Source: Bdellovibrionales bacterium
GTDB lineage: Bacteria; Bdellovibrionota; Bdellovibrionia; Bdellovibrionales; JAGQZY01
Reading direction: 5' to 3'
NCBI GenBank assembly: GCA_031426555.1
Contig: JANPLN010000030.1
Coordinates: 64,001 to 128,000, forward strand
DNA length: 64,000 nt
Shown: positions 59,072 through 64,000 of the stretch, one piece after another
How the letters are laid out: every line of letters starts with the position of its first letter
Position numbering within the stretch: the stretch's first letter is position 1
Program-made: the position numbers and the translations under genes
The notes under the pieces: generated by a model
What the model was told of the DNA's origin: nothing
The model's database searches: none
Seen by the model: the letters and a program-made list of their open reading frames with translations, nothing else

Positions 59072-59740
59072 ATGGTGCGACGTCTTCTACTTTATTTTGC
59101 AGTGGTTTTTGTCATCGTGATTTTAGCCACTTCATTCAATCGGTTTGTTATCGACAAAAAGAAAACCGTGAACGAAGTGATGGTTGAGACCTCGGACTAT
59201 TTTAAAACCAGCGAAGAAGAAAAGTTTAAGACGGAGCCGAAACTTGCTCGCGCAACCGCAACTACAGAGATTGATGGCGTCGAGCCCAAATTTAAAAGAT
59301 GGTTTGGTGAAGAAACCAGCCAGATGGGCTCCACGCAATTAAATAGCGGACAAAAAGAAACTGAACTCCGACAAAAAGCGAAATCTTTTACGGCCCGTCA
59401 GATTCAGTTTTTAAAAAATAAAATCACAGATTCGACCTCTACCCAAGACGAGAAAATACTTTCCACTTATCTGCTATCCATCGCGGGCGACGTTGAGAGT
59501 TTGAGCGAAGTGGCTTCGCAATCGTTAAAGGTGGAGTCGGCGGAACCCCATTCCCTGCAAGAAATTCAGAACAACCAAGAGCGCGCGAGGGCCATTATCG
59601 CCATCGATGCCATCGCTGAAAGTGGTCGCTCATTGAGTGTGCGAATTGATGAGCTTAGCAAAGTGATCAATAAACAAAATGATGTGACTGTAAAAAACTA
59701 CGCGCAGCGTAAGCAGTCTGAACTTCAATCTGAGCTCTAA
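59072..59740 (+). CDS. Membrane-anchored helical hypothetical protein
   Basis: N-terminal TM; helical C-terminus; starts 2 nt after the rhodanese stop. Confidence 0.75.
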   Translation: MVRRLLLYFAVVFVIVILATSFNRFVIDKKKTVNEVMVETSDYFKTSEEEKFKTEPKLARATATTEIDGVEPKFKRWFGEETSQMGSTQLNSGQKETELRQKAKSFTARQIQFLKNKITDSTSTQDEKILSTYLLSIAGDVESLSEVASQSLKVESAEPHSLQEIQNNQERARAIIAIDAIAESGRSLSVRIDELSKVINKQNDVTVKNYAQRKQSELQSEL

Positions 59741-59841
59741 AGCCTTTCCTTCGAAGTTGCCTCAATAAAATACTACTTGTCCTAGGGCTGGTTTTCTGTG
59801 ACCCTATTTAGAGTCTTCTATGGATAGAAGAGGGGGATCAA

Positions 59842-61218
59842 ATGGATTTATCAAAACGAGTCCTATTCGGACTATTCTTTATTGCTCAATTAATAACAAC
59901 CAGTGTTCACGCCGCCGACTGCATCTCAGCCGCCGACATGTCTGAAATTGCAAAAAAGTTCACGCAGTTTCAAAACTTAGCCGGCAAAGAGTATTGCTAC
60001 GACAACTCAGATATTTCACGCTTGATGGCGGGAATTATGTTTATGCGCGAAACCACATTCGATGCGTCGATGCCGGCGAGCAAAGATCAGGTGTTCTCTG
60101 GAAAATTCGCCACCAACTGGTGGACCTATTTTACGGGGCGAATCAATAAGTTCAACATTCAAGCCAACTGTCCTAAAGGGGCTGGCGCTTTTGTGATGCC
60201 AAACTTTGGCAGCAAGACTATGTATGTGTGCCCGTTGATGCTTTCGGATGCGTTTACGGCGCTAGATAGTGCCAGCGTATACATGCACGAAGCGCGACAT
60301 ATCGATGGCTTTCCGCACACCACGTGTACAAACGGTCCTCGCAAGGGGCTTCAAGGAGCCTGCGACACGCGAATTACAGACGCAGGATCCTATGCTGTGA
60401 CTGTTGAAACCTATGCACAGATCGCGCGCTACTCGCAAAATGTACATCCAGCACAGAAAGCTTATTCCAAGGCGTCGGCCTTGGTTTACGCCTTTGAAGC
60501 GTTTGAATATCCGGTGACCATTCATTTTTCGCCAGATTTCTTAGTGCTGAATAAAGATCGCGGATTTCATAAAATCGATTTTGATCAAGGAAGTACAAAA
60601 ATCACCAAGCTTGGCTCGGCTCCACACCTTGGACAGATCATGATCCGCCGTGATTATTATGTACTTTTTCCAGATGATAAAACCCTTCCAGCCGCGTATG
60701 TTTTTACCCAAGATGAAGGCGAGCTCACTCAGTCTGCTGGGGCCGACGCCATCGAGTACAATGGTCAAACGCCTGCCGAAAAAGCAAAACTAGTGGGGAT
60801 TCACTACGGCGGCATGTGGTCAGCCCGAGTTACCAACGACAAAGTTCGTTTTGTATGTGACCCCTACGGCAGTGGCACCAAGGTGGAACAGGCGATCACT
60901 GGTGGAACTCCCACTTCGATTGTTTACCCCAATGGCTACGACAAGCTAAGCTTGGTGGCTTACCTACAAATGGACAATGGGTCCATCGTCGAGTTTGGCT
61001 GCGATGCTAAAAAGAATCCTTACATGAAAACCTCTGGCCTTCAGTATGACCAGGCCTTTAAACGAATTTATAAATCTGGTAGCGTTACTTTAGGGCTGAC
61101 AGAAGACGGACTTCTTTATCAGTTGCAAAATGGCGTATCCACGCCCCTTACGACACCGTTTGATGGCCAAATTCACGAGCTAATAGCGAATAAAACCTAT
61201 AGTTTTTTTGATCTGTAA
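59842..61218 (+). CDS. Secreted zinc metalloprotease-like protein
   Basis: Signal peptide ending VHA; HEARHIDGFPH matches HExxHxxGxxH. Confidence 0.75.
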   Translation: MDLSKRVLFGLFFIAQLITTSVHAADCISAADMSEIAKKFTQFQNLAGKEYCYDNSDISRLMAGIMFMRETTFDASMPASKDQVFSGKFATNWWTYFTGRINKFNIQANCPKGAGAFVMPNFGSKTMYVCPLMLSDAFTALDSASVYMHEARHIDGFPHTTCTNGPRKGLQGACDTRITDAGSYAVTVETYAQIARYSQNVHPAQKAYSKASALVYAFEAFEYPVTIHFSPDFLVLNKDRGFHKIDFDQGSTKITKLGSAPHLGQIMIRRDYYVLFPDDKTLPAAYVFTQDEGELTQSAGADAIEYNGQTPAEKAKLVGIHYGGMWSARVTNDKVRFVCDPYGSGTKVEQAITGGTPTSIVYPNGYDKLSLVAYLQMDNGSIVEFGCDAKKNPYMKTSGLQYDQAFKRIYKSGSVTLGLTEDGLLYQLQNGVSTPLTTPFDGQIHELIANKTYSFFDL

Positions 61219-61227
61219 GGAGACAAA

Positions 61228-61695
61228 ATGATAAAAGCAATACTAGTGACAACTCTATTTCTAAGCCAAACAGTGGGGATGGCAGCGCCAATTCAAGCCA
61301 TGAACCTAAAAGATTTTAAAATGACCAGCATCAACAGCCAAATGACTGAGCTTGTTTACAAAGGTGAAACTCTCACTGTAGAGCGCGTTGGCAATACGCA
61401 TTTTAAATTGAACGGCAAAGATGTTATTTTTAAAAACACCGACACCCTTGAAGCTGTTTATGACAAAACACAAGCGGCTTACAGAGCTGGCGGCAAAAAA
61501 TCAGCAGCGCTTGAGGAAATCTTTATTCCTCGCGCCCACGCCGTACCACCACCATTATTCTTGCTCCTCTTCGGTGGCATGATCGGTGGCGCTATTGGAC
61601 ATGCTTCGGGCCAAAGACAATGTGAAAAGGAAGCTGGTGGTTCTGGAACTTCACCGAGTTACCGAGAGCCTTTGGATGTCCCTGTTACACAATAA
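61228..61695 (+). CDS. Secreted protein with internal AxA motif and Gly-zipper helix
   Basis: AAGGAG SD; signal peptide; FIPRAHA followed by LFLLLFGGMIGGAIG. Confidence 0.78.
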   Translation: MIKAILVTTLFLSQTVGMAAPIQAMNLKDFKMTSINSQMTELVYKGETLTVERVGNTHFKLNGKDVIFKNTDTLEAVYDKTQAAYRAGGKKSAALEEIFIPRAHAVPPPLFLLLFGGMIGGAIGHASGQRQCEKEAGGSGTSPSYREPLDVPVTQ

Positions 61696-61701
61696 AATAA
61701 C

Positions 61702-63654
61702 TCAATCGGCCACCGGGCCGATTTCTTTATGCAGTCTTAAATCAAAGCTGCGATCATTAATTGTATTGAGAATATGTTCCACTTCTTTGTAGAGGTGGGA
61801 CATTCCCGCTGAATGGCTAACCACTTCGATGGTCGGTGTGTCTTTGGCGCCGATGGTGAGCGTGGCCTCTACCAGGGATCGAATTTGTTCCTGCGGGAGA
61901 AGAGTTAAGATAAATCCTGCCCCCAAATCCTGAAACAATGGGTTTTTTCGGAGTGAGCTAAAGGCCTTCACGGCCACTTCCACTGTAGTTCCATGATTAA
62001 AAATCAAAGTCAGGCGACGAGCGATGGTCGCGGAGTCTTTGGTAAAACGATTAAGCCCATCGTCAGGTTTACCGCCACCAGTGGTGGAGAGTTCATTTTT
62101 GTAGGGATAGCGCCGGATATAGTTTTGCAAAAGAGTCATGAGTTGGGCTTCGCTGAAATTTTTCTGTCGGAGAAGCGCCACTGAACGCGCATCAAAAATC
62201 ATTTCAACTTTAGAGTAAGCTAACTGCTTGGTGTGCACATACTGCGACCAATCGATGTTCGAAAAAAACTGCGGGTATTGGTACTCCAGGTCTCGGCGGA
62301 AGGTGCGGATCTCGTTAATCAGCGTGCCCTTTCCTAAGAACTTTTTATCCTTAAAAGAGCGAATCAGTACTAGGTCCGAGATTGCCACCGGCTTTAAGGA
62401 TAGGGGGTTTTGTGGGTTTTCTCGTTGGGCGCGAAAAAGAGTGTTCACTTCGAGCGAATGTTCTTCGTCGAAGAGGCCAAAAAGAAAGTTAAACTCCTGC
62501 TGCTTTTGTGTGCCCAAATAAAAGTAATCTTCGGTGGCGTCTTGATCATTGAAAGAACGAACTCCGGTGGTGGCGTGATAAACCTCTTTGTCCACATCCC
62601 AGAGCTTAAAACATCCAGAGCCGATAGAGATTTTTCTAAAATCCGTCAGCGTTCGTCCTTTAAACTCCCGTTGCACGATTCGATACTCGGGAGCTGCCTC
62701 GAGTTTTTCTTTTTGGTAGGCATCATCGATGATTTGCGCGTAATCCCAAACCGAGGTGTAAAACTGCTCGGGAGTTTGAAACAGTCGCAAGTGGTTAAGG
62801 ACGTCCATGCTGAGGACTTTTTCAAAAAAGCGATTGTAGGTGTTTTCTCCAAGGGGGGAATCAAGAAAAAAAACATAGTCCACCATCATGCTGTCCACCG
62901 GGAGTTTATTGGTAGCGGTTTTTTCGCCTTCGATGGAAATCAAATCACAACGAAAGAGTTTGTTTAAAACGTTATCAACAAAACCTAAGCCGAAGTTGAG
63001 AGAGGTGAGGGGAGTGAGACTGGTTTTTGCTCCGAAGGAGCCCATGTTGCGAGTGGCGACCATGCGCACACGAACACGCGACTGATCCACGCGATACACA
63101 TCGATGACATAACGAGTGCCTTTGCGAATGGCGCCGCTGAACTGGGCTGGGAACGTGCCAAGGCCGGTATTTGCAATATGCAAGAAACTCGCTCCGATAT
63201 GGCCATCGGTAGCGAGCTCAAGCCGTGCCGCCGAACCACGTGCCAGCGTGCGCAGAGCTGTTTCTGCAGTGAAGGGAAACGTGCGCGGAGATTTTGGCGT
63301 GGCAAAAAGGGCTTGATGCTTCCGATTGAAAAGTCGCGAGAAGGAGATTTGCGCTTCTGCAGAACGGCCGGCGCCCAGGGGCTGACCGATATAGGCTCCT
63401 AGTTTTAGGCCATAACTATCTATGCGCTGATGGCGATCCTGCACATAGGCTGGCATGATCGTGTAGCTGTAGCCAATTTGCCCAGACAACGAGGACAGGC
63501 TGCCCACGTTGATTCCCGTTTTGAGTTTGGGGTTGGCTTTGAGAGTGGCGTCGTCCCACTCCTCTTGTATCTGTTCGGTGATGTTTTGCAAAATCTCCGC
63601 AGAGGAAGTGGAGAGAAAGACTATTAAGGACAAAAAGATCAAAACTCGCATCAT
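61702..63654 (-). CDS. Large secreted hypothetical protein
   Basis: 650-aa ORF; signal peptide ending SSA. Confidence 0.8.
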   Translation of the reverse strand: MMRVLIFLSLIVFLSTSSAEILQNITEQIQEEWDDATLKANPKLKTGINVGSLSSLSGQIGYSYTIMPAYVQDRHQRIDSYGLKLGAYIGQPLGAGRSAEAQISFSRLFNRKHQALFATPKSPRTFPFTAETALRTLARGSAARLELATDGHIGASFLHIANTGLGTFPAQFSGAIRKGTRYVIDVYRVDQSRVRVRMVATRNMGSFGAKTSLTPLTSLNFGLGFVDNVLNKLFRCDLISIEGEKTATNKLPVDSMMVDYVFFLDSPLGENTYNRFFEKVLSMDVLNHLRLFQTPEQFYTSVWDYAQIIDDAYQKEKLEAAPEYRIVQREFKGRTLTDFRKISIGSGCFKLWDVDKEVYHATTGVRSFNDQDATEDYFYLGTQKQQEFNFLFGLFDEEHSLEVNTLFRAQRENPQNPLSLKPVAISDLVLIRSFKDKKFLGKGTLINEIRTFRRDLEYQYPQFFSNIDWSQYVHTKQLAYSKVEMIFDARSVALLRQKNFSEAQLMTLLQNYIRRYPYKNELSTTGGGKPDDGLNRFTKDSATIARRLTLIFNHGTTVEVAVKAFSSLRKNPLFQDLGAGFILTLLPQEQIRSLVEATLTIGAKDTPTIEVVSHSAGMSHLYKEVEHILNTINDRSFDLRLHKEIGPVAD

Positions 63655-63692
63655 GGCCCCCCATTTTGGGTTTGAGGGCGCAGACTACGTTA

Positions 63693-63719
63693 CCCACCTT
63701 CTTTTAACAAGAGGGTGGG
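63693..63719. terminator. Hairpin after the partial gene at the window end
   Basis: CCCACCTTCTT...AAGAGGGTGGG. Confidence 0.5.
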
Positions 63720-63725
63720 AAGAGC

Positions 63726-63998
63726 TTACATGGTACTGTGCTTATTATAGGTGTGAATGATTTTCCAGAAGGCGGCTAAACGCTGAACTTCCTCGGGGTT
63801 GTACTTAACAACCAGTTTGTCGTTTTCGACGGTTTTATCTTTAACAACGCCCTTCTTGAGAAGAGAATCCACGTTGTCGCCTTTAAACTCGATATCGATA
63901 TCGTCAAATGCGTTTTCCTCGGCGTCTTTAAGAGAGAGGGTAACGAGGCCATTTTTTACGGTGAGATCTTCGCCGTAATGAGCAAGAACTTGCAGAGC
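63726..63998 (-). CDS. 3' end of a gene entering from beyond the window (not in the ORF track)
   Basis: Open frame ALQVLAHYGEDLTVKNG...FWKIIHTYNKHSTM ending at TAA 63728-63726. Confidence 0.7.
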   Translation of the reverse strand, partial: ALQVLAHYGEDLTVKNGLVTLSLKDAEENAFDDIDIEFKGDNVDSLLKKGVVKDKTVENDKLVVKYNPEEVQRLAAFWKIIHTYNKHSTM

Positions 63999-64000
63999 CG

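Overview
A chromosomal window from a Gram-negative bacterium, most likely Bdellovibrionota. This is inferred from the mevalonate cluster after rplT, an FQNC-type lipoprotein and many orphan secreted proteins. The backbone is the translation super-operon, broken in several places: thrS-infC / rpmI-rplT, then about 30 kb later pheS-pheT / ihfA-merR / tRNA-Pro(GGG). Accessory content includes a five-gene mevalonate/IPP cluster, a 216-bp hairpin element with perfect 54-bp inverted repeats, an operon with an enlarged class A PBP, an RND+TolC pair lacking an adaptor, NupC, RecQ, a lipoprotein split at an A_AAA_AAG site, a decayed Y1 transposase, a candidate CsrA-titrating sRNA, DbpA, a DTW protein and an ABC-permease/M1-peptidase fusion. 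The strongest candidate for an undescribed system is the minus-strand cluster at 48.7-57.1 kb. It has a tightly coupled DUF4956-like membrane protein, HlyD-like adaptor, TolC-like protein and VTC (polyphosphate polymerase) domain, preceded by three exported proteins: an L,D-transpeptidase-like protein, an unknown protein and a signal-peptide-bearing phosphohistidine/ATP-grasp dikinase. All family calls come from motifs read by eye; no searches were run.
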